Assembly: GCA_963771355.1 (NCBI GenBank)
Contig: CAVYTA010000006.1
Coordinates: 384,001-448,000, forward strand
DNA: 64,000 nucleotides
Reading direction: 5' to 3'
DNA from: an uncultured Candidatus Rokubacteria bacterium
GTDB taxonomy: Bacteria > Methylomirabilota > Methylomirabilia > Rokubacteriales > CSP1-6
The notes beneath the pieces are model-generated. The model was not told the DNA's origin. It saw nothing but the letters and a program-made list of their open reading frames with translations, and ran no database searches. A program made the position numbers and the translations under genes. This document shows positions 22,673 to 32,039 of the stretch, piece after piece; the first letter of the stretch is position 1, and each line of letters begins with the position of its first letter.

Positions 22673-23773
22673 ATGGTGACGCTGTTGACGGAGCGGGGCG
22701 AGCGGACGGTGGCGGAGGCGCGCGGCGAGGGGGACCATCTCTGGCTCGCCGCCTCCGAGATGGAGGCGGCCACGGGCTGGGAGGTGCAGCCGGAGGGGCT
22801 GTGCCATGGCGCGGCCTGCGTGCCGTGGCCGGCGGGCCGCGAGGCCGAGCTGGTCCGCGACGGTCGCGTGGAGGTGGGCGCCTTCTGGCGTCACCTCGGC
22901 AAGCCCGCCGCGCATAGCGCGGCCGGCGACGTCTGGGTGCTGGGCGAGGGGGCGGGCGAGCGCGCGGAGGCGCTGCGCTCGCTGCAGGCGCCGGACTTCA
23001 GCCTGCCCGACCCGAGCGGAACCATGCACTCGCTGTCCGAGCTGCGCGGCAAGAAGGTGCTGCTGGTCTCCTGGGCGTCCTGGTGAGGGTGCCGGCGCGA
23101 CCTGCCCGTGTGGCAGGCGCTCTACGAGGAGCTGCGGGACCAGAACTTCACGGTGGTGGCCGTCGCCATGGACAGCCGGCCCGCCGATCCGCTGCCGTGG
23201 ATCGAGGCGGCTCGACCTACCTACCTGACCCTGATAGACCGTGACCACCGCCTGGCCGACCTCTACAACATGGTGAACGTTCCCGAAGCGGTGTGGATCG
23301 ACGAGGATGGACGCATCGTCCGGCCCCCCGAGCCGGCCGGCTCCTACGAGGGCTTCCGCCAGATGAATCGGCAGACCAAGGAGATGCCGGAGGAGGCGGC
23401 CCGCCTCACCGCCCAGGCCAAGGCGACCTATGTCGACGCCATCCGCGACTGGGTGCGGAACGGCCCGCGCAGCGAGCACGCGCTCGATGCCCGGCGCGCC
23501 TTCGCCCACGTGAAGGCGCCCGACGACAACGCGGCGCGCGCCCACGTCGCCTTCCGACTCGGGCAGTATCTGATCCGCGCCGGGCGATCGGACGAGGGCC
23601 GGCGCTGGCTGGCGGAGGCGAGCCGCCTGCACCCGGAGTCCTGGTGCATCTGGCGCCAGCAGGCGGGCGTCAACGAGACGGGGCTCGCGTCGCTGCCGGA
23701 ATTCTGGGAGCGAGTGGACGCGCTCGGGGAGAAGCGTTATTACCCCGCGATCGACATGCACGGCATGCCATGA
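22673..23773 (+). CDS. Selenoprotein: UGC-motif peroxiredoxin/TlpA-like thioredoxin-fold protein (Sec138), 366 aa
   Basis: ORFs 22556-23086 and 23108-23773 are in one frame separated only by TGA 23084-23086; read-through gives APDFSLPD..GKKVLLVSWASW-U-GCRRDLPVWQALYEEL..NVPEAVWIDEDGRIV; SD AGGAGG at 22661-22666; hairpin downstream. Confidence 0.9.
23094..23122 (+). promoter_or_regulatory. Bacterial SECIS-like hairpin
   Basis: GCG(23097-99), bulged A, CCTGCC(23101-06), loop CGTGT, GGCAGG(23112-17), CGC(23118-20); the stem starts at the 11th nt after the UGA and the loop at the 21st, with G at loop position 2. Confidence 0.75.
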
Positions 23774-24654
23774 AGACCGTCCTCATCACCGGCGCCGCGG
23801 GCGGCGTGGGGTCCGGGCTCCGCCGTGCCCTGGCGGGGAAGTACGCGCTGCGCCTGTCCGACCTGCGGCCGGTGAAGAATCTCGCTCCCGGCGAAACATT
23901 CATGCGCGCCGACATCACGAAGCTCCCCGACTTCCTCCGCATCAGCCGGGGTGTCGACGCCATCGTGCACCTGGGGGGCTACTCGGTGGAGGGCCCGTGG
24001 CCGCGCATCCTCAAGGCCAATATCACGGGCTGCCACAACGCCTACGAGGCCGCGCGGCGGAACGGGGTGCCGCGCTTCATCTTCCCCACCAGCAATCACG
24101 CGGTGGGGTTCTATCGGCGCGACGAGACCATCGACCACCGCGTGTATCCGAAGCCGGACGGCCGCTACGGCGTGTCCAAGGTCTTCGGCGAAGCGCTCGG
24201 CAGCCTCTATGCCGACAAGTACGGGCTGCGCGTCCTCTGCATCCGCATCGGCAACCTGAACGAGCGCCCCATCGACAAGCGCCGGCTGGCCATCTGGATC
24301 TCGCCGCGCGACCTGGGGCAGCTCGTGTCCATCGGCGTCGAGCACCCGGACCTGCACTTCGAGATCGTGTACGGCGTGTCGGACAATCGCCGCGCCTGGT
24401 ACGACAACGCCAACGCACAGCGCCTCGGCTACCGGCCCCAGGATCGCGCGGAGGACTACGCCGCCGAGGTGCTGGCCAAGGAGCCGCCGGTGACGGACGA
24501 GCGCGCGGAGACCTTTCAGGGCGGCACCTTCGTCACCGCGGAGGCGGTCGAGGACCCGAGCGGGCTGACGGTGACCAGGAGGCGGGCGAGGACGAAGACC
24601 ACGACGAAGACGACGACCAAACGGTTGCGCCGCGCTGGTCGGCGAGGCAAGTAG
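23770..24654 (+). CDS. NAD-dependent epimerase/dehydrogenase, uronate dehydrogenase-like
   Basis: LITGAAGGVG, SNHAVGFY, PDGRYGVSKVFGE, RIG, WISPRD and YGVSDN motifs; ATGA overlap with the selenoprotein stop. Confidence 0.88.
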   Translation: MKTVLITGAAGGVGSGLRRALAGKYALRLSDLRPVKNLAPGETFMRADITKLPDFLRISRGVDAIVHLGGYSVEGPWPRILKANITGCHNAYEAARRNGVPRFIFPTSNHAVGFYRRDETIDHRVYPKPDGRYGVSKVFGEALGSLYADKYGLRVLCIRIGNLNERPIDKRRLAIWISPRDLGQLVSIGVEHPDLHFEIVYGVSDNRRAWYDNANAQRLGYRPQDRAEDYAAEVLAKEPPVTDERAETFQGGTFVTAEAVEDPSGLTVTRRRARTKTTTKTTTKRLRRAGRRGK

Positions 24655-24659
24655 CCGCC

Positions 24660-26103
24660 ATGGCGGACGTGCGTCGCGTTGCGATCAAGGCGCCTTATGT
24701 GCTGGCCCACGACGGCCGGGCGCATCGCCTGCTCCGCGATGGGGTGGTGGTGGTGGAGGGGGATCGCGTGCTGTCCGTGGGACCACGCTTCGAGGGCCGG
24801 GTGGACGAGACGGTGGACGCCGCCGATCGCATCGTGACCCCGGGCCTCATCTCCACCCATGCGCACATGGCGGGCTCTCCGCTCGACCGCTCGTTCATCG
24901 AGGACCGCGGCAACCCGCAGTTCTTCTACTCCGGCCTCTTCGAGATGCTGCCCGTCCGCGCCGAGGCCCAGGACGAGGAGGCCAGCCGGGCGTGCATCGA
25001 CTTCTCCATGGCCGAGCTGCTGCGCGGCGGGGTGACCACGGTCATGGAGATCGGGCCCATCGGGGAGTACGTGGTCGAGCGCGCCGCCCACTACGGCCTG
25101 CGCGTCTACCTCGGGCCTGGGCTTCCGCTCCGGCCGCTGGCTCACGCGCGACGGGAAGCGTGTCGAGTGGGAGTGGAACGAGGAGGCGGGGCGCCAGGGG
25201 CTGCGCCGCGCGGTGGACTTTCACGCCAAGCACGACGGGGCCCACGGTGACCTCGTGCGCTGCTTCTTCGCGCCGGCCCAGATCGATACCTGCACCGCCG
25301 AGCTGCTGAAGGACGCGAAGCGCTGGGCGGACGAGACGAGGCGCCCCTATCAGGTGCACACCTCCCAGTCCGTGGTCGAGTTCAACGAGATGCTGAGCCG
25401 CCACGGCAAGACCCCCATCGCCTGGATGCAAGAGCTGGGGGTGCTGGGCCCCAGCACCATCCTGGGCCACGCCATCATCGTGGGCGGCTCCTCGTGGACC
25501 AACTACCCGGCGGGCGACGTGGACATCATGGCCGACTCCGGCTGCTCGGTGGCGCACGCGGTGTGGGTGTTCGCGCGGCGCGGCGTCGCCATGGAGTCAT
25601 TCGGCCGCTACCGCGCGGCCGGCATCAACATGTCGCTCGGCACCGACACCAATCCCCAGAGCGTGATCGAGGCCATGCGCTGGGCCGCGGTGGTGTCCAA
25701 GATGATGGAGCGGAACACGGAGTCCACCACCGCCGCCCACGTCTTCGACGCGGCCACCCTCGGCGGGGCCCGGGCGCTGGGCCGGGACGATCTCGGGCGC
25801 ATCGCGCCCGGCGCCAAGGCGGACCTGGTGCTGTGGAGGGCGCGGTCCTGGCGCATGACGCCGCTCCGCGACCCGATCAAGAACATCGTCTACAACGCCA
25901 CCGACGAGGATATCGACCGCGTCTATGTGAATGGGCGCTTGGTGGTGGACGGAGGCCGGGTGCTGGCCGCCGACGAGCGCGCCATCCTCGCCGCGCTCCA
26001 GGCGGGCGGGGATCGCATGTGGCCGCGCATGGCCAAGTCCGACTGGGCGGGTCGGGGCGCCGACACGCTCTCGCCCCCCACCTATCCCGACTGGGAGCGC
26101 TAG
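24660..26103 (+). CDS. Metal-dependent amidohydrolase (chlorohydrolase/deaminase family); +1 frameshift at 25113-25115
   Basis: PGLISTHAH, QVHTSQ, LGHA, LGTDT, AT.GGARALG and GRIAPGAKADLV motifs; removing one G restores YLGLGFRSGRW. Confidence 0.85.
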
Positions 26104-26108
26104 CGGGG

Positions 26109-27095
26109 CTAGGTCGCGCTCACCGCGAACTTCTGGAAGGTGTGGCAGCCCGCGGGTGCCAGCCCGCGGCTCACCGCGAAGGTCCAGGACACCTCGCCCA
26201 CGTAGACGTCGCCCTTCGAGTCCACCGCCAGGCCGTGGGGCGCGACGAAGCTGCCCGGCGCCACCGCGTCGGGGGTGCCCCAGCGCGCCAGCACCTTGCC
26301 GTTCTGGTCGAAGACGCTGGTGCGGCCGTGGCGGGGCACCGTGATGGCCCCGTGGCGCTGAGAGGTTTGCCCCTTGTGCCACCAGAGCTCGGACACGTAG
26401 GCGCGGCCCTGCCGATCGAACACGATGTGGGTGGGCCGCTGGGTGTCCGTCCACTCGGCGAGATACTCGCCGTCCGGGTCGAAGATCTGGATGCGGTCGT
26501 TCTCGCGATCGCAGACGAAGACTCGCCCGTCGGCGGAGGTCGCGATGCCGTGGGGGAGATGGAACTGGCCGGGCCCCTTGCCGGAGACGCCCCAGGAGCG
26601 CAGCAACTCGCCGGTGGGGGAGAACACGTGGACGCGGCAATTCCCGTAGCCGTCCGAGATGTAGAGGCGCCCCTTGAGCCCCACCGCCACGTTGGTGGGC
26701 CGGTTGAAGGGCCCGGCCGGGCGCGGGATATTGATGGAGTCCTTGCCGTCGTAGCCGGTGTCCGAGGGCGTGTCGAGCGTGCCCAGCGTCATGAGCAGCT
26801 TGCCCTCGGGCGTGAACTGCCGGACGGTGTGGTTGCCGTCGTCGGTGCAGAAGAGCGTCCCGTCCGGCGCCACCGTGATCCCGTGGGTCCGATAGGTGAA
26901 CTCGCCCTCGCCCCACGAGCGCAGGAAGCTTCCCTTGCGGTCATACGCGATGATCGGGTGGTCGCCGCGGCAGATGAGGAAGACCCGATCCTCGCCGTCC
27001 ACCGCCACGCCCGCGACGTCGCGGTGCTCATAGCCGGCGGGGAGCTGCTCCCAGCCCTCGACCACCTGGAACTTCAGCGCGCTGTCCTGGACCAT
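26109..27095 (-). CDS. NHL-repeat beta-propeller, peptidyl-alpha-hydroxyglycine alpha-amidating lyase (PAL) family
   Basis: HGITV, FNRPTNVAV, ISDGYGNCRV, GQFHLPHGI, CDRENDRIQIF and FVAPHGLAVD motifs. Confidence 0.88.
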   Translation of the reverse strand: MVQDSALKFQVVEGWEQLPAGYEHRDVAGVAVDGEDRVFLICRGDHPIIAYDRKGSFLRSWGEGEFTYRTHGITVAPDGTLFCTDDGNHTVRQFTPEGKLLMTLGTLDTPSDTGYDGKDSINIPRPAGPFNRPTNVAVGLKGRLYISDGYGNCRVHVFSPTGELLRSWGVSGKGPGQFHLPHGIATSADGRVFVCDRENDRIQIFDPDGEYLAEWTDTQRPTHIVFDRQGRAYVSELWWHKGQTSQRHGAITVPRHGRTSVFDQNGKVLARWGTPDAVAPGSFVAPHGLAVDSKGDVYVGEVSWTFAVSRGLAPAGCHTFQKFAVSAT

Positions 27096-27217
27096 GATCG
27101 CCCTCCGCGGTGGTGCCGCTCTCTGTTCACCCCTCGTACCCCCGCCAGACTAGGAACGAGGAGGGCGCGAGTCAAGCCTCCTGCGCTAGAATCTGCCGGG
27201 AGCGAGGAGGCCCAGCC

Positions 27218-27919
27218 ATGACCACCGAGACCTGGTACGACGGATTGACGGCGGAGCTGCTGGCGCAGAGCCCCTTCCGGCAGTCGGGCTACTTCAAGCG
27301 CTTCGCCGCCGGCACGCTGACCCGGGAGCAGGTGTGGGGCCATATCGGCCAGCACTACCTGCTCATCGAGGCGTTTCCGCGCATCTTCAGCGCCATCCAC
27401 GCGCGCTGCGACGATCTCGAGGTCCGGAAGGATTGCGCGCGCCACCTGCTGGTGGAGGATCTCGGCTATTTCGAGGGCCGGGTGGGCGGCACGCCGGATC
27501 ACGACGAGATGTACCGGCGCATCGGCGACGACCTCGGCTATCCGCGCGAGGCGTACGCCGCCATCAAGCCGGTGCCCGAGATGGCGGCCATCCTCGCCTT
27601 CTTCCGCCGCCTCGGCGGAGAGACCCCGTGGCATGCCTCGCTCTGCGCCACCGCGCTGCTCGAGGAAGAGGTGGTCGAGATCGCCCAGACGGTGGGGAAG
27701 GCCTTGCTGACGCACTACGGCGTCCGACCGGAATGGGGCGGGCTGAACTACGCGGCCCACGAGGCCATCGAGAAGGAAGAGTCGGGGGAGACCAAGAAGA
27801 CCATTCTCAAGCACGTGGCCACCGATGCCGCGCGGCGGGACGCGGAGGCGGCGATGCGGGAGATGCACCGCTTGCTGGAGGACTACGCGGCGGGCCTCGC
27901 GCGGCGCTATCCCGACTGA
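27218..27919 (+). CDS. Heme-oxygenase-like diiron enzyme (CADD/PqqC/TenA fold)
   Basis: G.LTREQ, HY..IEAFPR, L.ED...PDH.EMY and E..H..E ligand pattern; SD GAGGAGG before the ATG at 27218. Confidence 0.75.
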   Translation: MTTETWYDGLTAELLAQSPFRQSGYFKRFAAGTLTREQVWGHIGQHYLLIEAFPRIFSAIHARCDDLEVRKDCARHLLVEDLGYFEGRVGGTPDHDEMYRRIGDDLGYPREAYAAIKPVPEMAAILAFFRRLGGETPWHASLCATALLEEEVVEIAQTVGKALLTHYGVRPEWGGLNYAAHEAIEKEESGETKKTILKHVATDAARRDAEAAMREMHRLLEDYAAGLARRYPD

Positions 27920-27941
27920 GGGCGGCGCGCCCGCACGCGCG

Positions 27942-28835
27942 TCAGCGGCGGCAGAGCTTGCGGAGGGCCGCCATGTCGGTGGAGGCGAGCGCCAGGGGCT
28001 CCATCGTCTGCCCGCCGCCGATCGCGTTCATGATGGCGGCGGTGTCCTCGACGTGACCCAGGCCGAGCGCATGCCCCAGCTCATGGGCGAGCACGAGGGT
28101 GAGGTCACGCTCGTCGTGGAACTCGAAGATCGTGATGGTGCGCCCGTCGTACTCGCCCTTGTGGAACTGGCGCGGCTCCCCGTAGAGCCCGTTGAAGGTG
28201 GCCACGCTCCGGTTGTGCGCCTGGGCGATGGCATTGCCCTTCTCGGCGAGAGCATTCACGGTGGCGGCGAGCTCGCCCAGCGTCGCCCGATCCGAGTCGA
28301 TCTGCCGCCGCGCGGCGTCCAGCCGAGCGCGCTCCGCTTCCAGCTCCGCCTGCGCGTCGCGGGGGGCACCGCCGCGCGCGTTCCACTCCTGCACGCGGGC
28401 GTTGTAGGCCTGCGCGCGCTCGGTGTACGCCACCTGCGCCGCCTCCAGGTCCCGGGCCCGCCCCTCGTAAGTCCGGCGCCACTGCGCGTAGGTCTGACCG
28501 GCGGAGGCATGGGATGTACGCGTCTCGCTCATGCTGGTCCGCAGGCGGCCCCCGGTCTGGGTCCGCTGCTGGCGCTCGTCGAAGACGAACTCCACGGTGA
28601 GCGTCGCGGTGGGCGTATGGGCGAAGAGCGTGCGGCCCAGCGCGCGCTCCCACATTCCCTCCGCGCGCCGTAGGGCCTCGCGCACCTCCTCCGGGCGGAG
28701 GCCGAAGCGCTCGTCGACGGTGCCGACGCGATAGGCCACCGGGTGGACGCAGGCGCCATAGCGCTGGGACCACAGGAGCGCGGCGACCACCGCCACCGCC
28801 CCCACCAGCCCCAGCCACAGCAGCTTCCGGCTCAT
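27942..28835 (-). CDS. Matrixin (M10) family zinc metalloprotease with a coiled-coil insert and N-terminal membrane anchor
   Basis: HELGHALGLGH zinc motif, Met-turn AIMN, heptad-rich central region. Confidence 0.88.
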   Translation of the reverse strand: MSRKLLWLGLVGAVAVVAALLWSQRYGACVHPVAYRVGTVDERFGLRPEEVREALRRAEGMWERALGRTLFAHTPTATLTVEFVFDERQQRTQTGGRLRTSMSETRTSHASAGQTYAQWRRTYEGRARDLEAAQVAYTERAQAYNARVQEWNARGGAPRDAQAELEAERARLDAARRQIDSDRATLGELAATVNALAEKGNAIAQAHNRSVATFNGLYGEPRQFHKGEYDGRTITIFEFHDERDLTLVLAHELGHALGLGHVEDTAAIMNAIGGGQTMEPLALASTDMAALRKLCRR

Positions 28836-28976
28836 GGCCTCGCGTGGTGCGAGGGCCGTGCCATCCGCCGAGGCCGCCAAACCCCTGTGAGAGCACGGGT
28901 TGTCGGGGCGTAACACTCGTGCCGAGGGCTCCGCCGCCCGCCGGATTGCCGAATCCTGTCCGGCCGCTGCCGCCTT

Positions 28977-29027
28977 CAGTCAGGGGGCGCGGGCAGTCAG
29001 CGCACGCGGGCAGTCAGGCGGCACGGG
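28977..29027. repeat. Degenerate 17-bp tandem repeat x3 (CAGTCAG-N6-CGGG)
   Basis: cagtcagggggcgcggg / cagtcagcgcacgcggg / cagtcaggcggcacggg at 28977, 28994 and 29011. Confidence 0.85.
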
Positions 29028-29057
29028 CCCTGGTCGCAGCCTGGCCCTGACTCGGCG

Positions 29058-29402
29058 CTAGCGGCCCGGCGTCACCGGCGGTGGCGGAGGCGGTGGGGGT
29101 GGCGGGGGCGGCGGCACCCGCGCAGATGGGCAGCGGAACACCTCCGCCTGGATCACCGTCAGGTCGTCGGAGCGGAACGAGAGCACCACGGTGTCGCCGC
29201 CCAGCCGCACCGCCTTCCGCCGCAGGTCCTTGAAGTTTTCGTCGGTCACATAGCCGATGCGCGTACAGCTCCGCGCCACGCCGGCGTCGGTGCTGATCCG
29301 CAGCCCCGCCATGGCGAGCCGCTCGGGGTCCTGCGCCGCCGCCGGCTGCACGACGGCGAGGGTGAGGGCGGGGGCGACGATCCAGAGAATCCGGAGACGC
29401 AT
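29058..29402 (-). CDS. Small secreted hypothetical protein with a poly-Pro tail
   Basis: Signal peptide (AAA-QD), two Cys, LRRKAVRLGGDTVV, poly-Pro tail; SD AAAGGA. Confidence 0.7.
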   Translation of the reverse strand: MRLRILWIVAPALTLAVVQPAAAQDPERLAMAGLRISTDAGVARSCTRIGYVTDENFKDLRRKAVRLGGDTVVLSFRSDDLTVIQAEVFRCPSARVPPPPPPPPPPPPPVTPGR

Positions 29403-29414
29403 GGCGGTCCTTTC

Positions 29415-29873
29415 CTAGAGCGGGATGGCGAGCAGGGTGTCGATGCGGGAGCTGTCGCAGACCACGACGCGCGCGCGGAAGCGGAGGGTGTCGCCCTCGT
29501 CCACGATCACGTCGAGGTAGCGGCCGGTGGCGAAGAGGTCCATCTGGCCGTCGCGTACGATGCGCACGACCAGGAACGGGGTCTCGAAGCGCAGCTCGCC
29601 CTCGGACTCGCCGAGCGGGGCGGGGAGTCCCACCAGATGCCGATAGGCCTGCCGCTCGAAGACGTTGGCCTCGCGCAAGGCGGCCACGCGGTCCTCGAGC
29701 ATGCCCTTGGAGTCCGCGAAGATGATGCCGGCGGGGAGCCCGCGGCGATGGTTCTCGGCGGTGGTGATGACGTAGAGGCAGGGCTCGGTGAAGAATCCCG
29801 GCCAGTCCTCGAGCCGGTCGTCATCGATGGCGCGCACGTAGTCGGCATTGAGCTGGGCGACGCGCTCGAGCAT
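29415..29873 (-). CDS. tphA3: Aromatic ring-hydroxylating dioxygenase beta subunit, terephthalate 1,2-dioxygenase-like
   Basis: WPGFF, ADSKGML.DRV.ALREAN, YRH.VGLP and VCDS..DTL.AIPL match TphA3-type small subunits as I recall them; the substrate call is tentative. Confidence 0.75.
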   Translation of the reverse strand: MLERVAQLNADYVRAIDDDRLEDWPGFFTEPCLYVITTAENHRRGLPAGIIFADSKGMLEDRVAALREANVFERQAYRHLVGLPAPLGESEGELRFETPFLVVRIVRDGQMDLFATGRYLDVIVDEGDTLRFRARVVVCDSSRIDTLLAIPL

Positions 29874-29877
29874 CGCC

Positions 29878-31119
29878 TCAGTAGCCCATGTAGCGGCGAT
29901 ACGCCTTCCAGAAGCCGCGCACGGCGGCTTCGGTGGCCCGCGTGTCCTGCGACTCGGCGCCCTCGCCGCCCATGTTGATCACCGAGAGCGTGTCGCCGGC
30001 GGTGGCCACGCCGCGCTGGACGAAGCCCCCCACGCAGCCGTCTTCCATGGAGACATAGCCCGCCGGCCCCACCAGGTTGCCCTGCCGGAGCCGGCGCCGG
30101 CGCATCTCGGGCGTGTCATCGGTGAAGCCGAAGTAGATCCAGTGCAGCTCCATGGCATCGGGGCCCTTGGGGAGCACCTGGCGCACCGCGAGGGCGTTGT
30201 AGACCTGCTGGACCACGAGGCCGGGGAACACGGTGAGGATCTGGAGCTGGATGTCGTCGCCGAACTCCTTCACGGTGTCGAGCAGGCTCGGATCGTTGAG
30301 CCGGTAACGCGCCTTCTCGGAGCGAATGTCCTGATCGCGGTAGGCGCTGCTCTCCCGCTCGTCGCCCCGGTCGATGGTCGAGCTGGCATGGTGCGCGCCG
30401 TCGGGGCTCACCAGCACGCCGCCCCCCTGGGTGAGCCGCGTGATGTGGAAGGTGCTGAAGAAGGTGTGCAGGAGGCTCGCGTGGTAGGTGTCCTTCACGT
30501 TCTCCACGTAGAGCTTCCAGTTGTTGGGCAGGACCTGGACGAAGCGGCCGAGCACCTGGATGGGCTTGCCGAGCACGCGCGTGAGCCGCGCCCGCACCGC
30601 GTCGCCCAGGTATTCCTCCAGCGGCGGTGCCTCCGCCGACAGGCTGGCGAACACTAGGCCGCCCAGGGTGGCGGTGCGGAGCGCGCGCGGCCCGTGGTCG
30701 GCCTTACAGAAGGAATCCGGCATGCCGCCCCGCCCGTGTGCCCCCTTCTCGAACGCGACGCTCACCAGCTTGCCCTCGAGATCGTAGCTCCACGCGTGAT
30801 ACACGCACTGGAAGCGCTTGCCGGCATTGCCCGTGTCGTCGAGCGCGATGAGCGCGCCGCGATGGGCGCAGCGGTTCTCGAAGGCGTGGATCTCGCCCGT
30901 CTCCCCCCGCACCACGACGACCGGCATCTCGCCCACGAAGGTGGTGCGGTAGTCGCCCGCCCGCGGGAGATCGGACTCGAGGGCCACGTAATTCCACACT
31001 GGACCCTCGAAGATGCGGCGGAGCTCCTCGCGATAGTTGGCGTCGTCCTGATAGACCCAGTAGGGAACGCGCGCGAGAGTCGAGCCGGGCCATTCGCGTC
31101 GGGGTTGAGCAGTCGTCAT
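29878..31119 (-). CDS. tphA2: Rieske aromatic ring-hydroxylating dioxygenase alpha subunit, terephthalate 1,2-dioxygenase-like
   Basis: Rieske NRCAHRG and CVYHAWSY; mononuclear Fe site [13 protein letters not shown] and SMEDG; C-terminal [13 protein letters not shown]; the substrate call is tentative. Confidence 0.78.
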   Translation of the reverse strand: MTTAQPRREWPGSTLARVPYWVYQDDANYREELRRIFEGPVWNYVALESDLPRAGDYRTTFVGEMPVVVVRGETGEIHAFENRCAHRGALIALDDTGNAGKRFQCVYHAWSYDLEGKLVSVAFEKGAHGRGGMPDSFCKADHGPRALRTATLGGLVFASLSAEAPPLEEYLGDAVRARLTRVLGKPIQVLGRFVQVLPNNWKLYVENVKDTYHASLLHTFFSTFHITRLTQGGGVLVSPDGAHHASSTIDRGDERESSAYRDQDIRSEKARYRLNDPSLLDTVKEFGDDIQLQILTVFPGLVVQQVYNALAVRQVLPKGPDAMELHWIYFGFTDDTPEMRRRRLRQGNLVGPAGYVSMEDGCVGGFVQRGVATAGDTLSVINMGGEGAESQDTRATEAAVRGFWKAYRRYMGY

Positions 31120-31146
31120 GACGTCTTGCCGGGAGGATAGCACGTC
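31115..31146 (-). repeat. 32-bp direct repeat copy 1 (extended -10, short leader, start codon)
   Basis: Minus strand GACGTGCTATCCTCCCGGCAAGACGTCATGAC; 31/32 identical to 33013-33044. Confidence 0.93.
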
Positions 31147-31154
31147 ATCCGGCG

Positions 31155-31982
31155 TCAGAGGTGCGCGCCGCAGTACTTGCAGTGGGTCGCGTCGACGTCG
31201 TGTCCTTCGGCGCCGCAGGCCGGGCATGCCTGGCGGGAGACGGCGCGACCGGTCCTGGCCATCTCCACCGACACGATACCGGTGGGGACCGCGATGATGG
31301 CGTAGCCGAGGATCATCAGGACCGACGCCAGCAACTGGCCGACCGTAGTCCTCGGCGCGATGTCGCCGTAGCCCACGGTCGTCATCGTCACCACCGCCCA
31401 GTACATGCTCGTCGGGATGCTGGTGAAGCCGTGCTCCTCCCCCTCGACCAGGTACATGAGCGCGCCCATGACCACGACGATGGTCACGACGCCCCCGAGA
31501 AACACGGTGATCTTCCGGCGGCTCGCGCGCAGAGCCAGAACGAGCTGCTGAGCCTCGCCAAGGAAGTGGGCGAGCTTGAGGATCCGGAACACTCGCAGCA
31601 GCCGGACGGTGCGGATGACCATCAGCGATTGGGCCTGGGGCAAGGCCAGCGCCAGGTAGGTCGGCACGACGGCCAGGAAGTCCACGACGCCGAAGAAGCT
31701 GCGGGCGTAGCGCCACGGACGGTCGACCGCCACGAGCCGCAGCGCATATTCGATGGTGAAGACGACGGTGACCGTCCACTCCACCGCCCGGAGCACCCCA
31801 CCGTACTCGCGCCTGATGCTGGCCACGCTCTCCAGCATCACGGCGATGACACTCACCAGGATGGCGACTAGCAGGCAGACGTCGAACGCCCGGCCGGCGG
31901 GGGTGTCGGCCTCGAAGATCACCTCATGCAGGCGCGCGCGCCAGCGGGATCGAGTGGCCAGCCGGTCCGCGGAGATGGTCAC
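31155..31982 (-). CDS. Voltage-gated potassium channel (ion transporter) with a C-terminal Zn-ribbon
   Basis: S4 segment [13 protein letters not shown]; selectivity filter [10 protein letters not shown]-terminal CPAC..HCKYC. Confidence 0.93.
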   Translation of the reverse strand: MTISADRLATRSRWRARLHEVIFEADTPAGRAFDVCLLVAILVSVIAVMLESVASIRREYGGVLRAVEWTVTVVFTIEYALRLVAVDRPWRYARSFFGVVDFLAVVPTYLALALPQAQSLMVIRTVRLLRVFRILKLAHFLGEAQQLVLALRASRRKITVFLGGVVTIVVVMGALMYLVEGEEHGFTSIPTSMYWAVVTMTTVGYGDIAPRTTVGQLLASVLMILGYAIIAVPTGIVSVEMARTGRAVSRQACPACGAEGHDVDATHCKYCGAHL

Positions 31983-32039
31983 GCGCCCATCGTAGCGTGA
32001 CCGGACGACTCCCGCACTACTCGGCGCGGGCGGCGTCGC

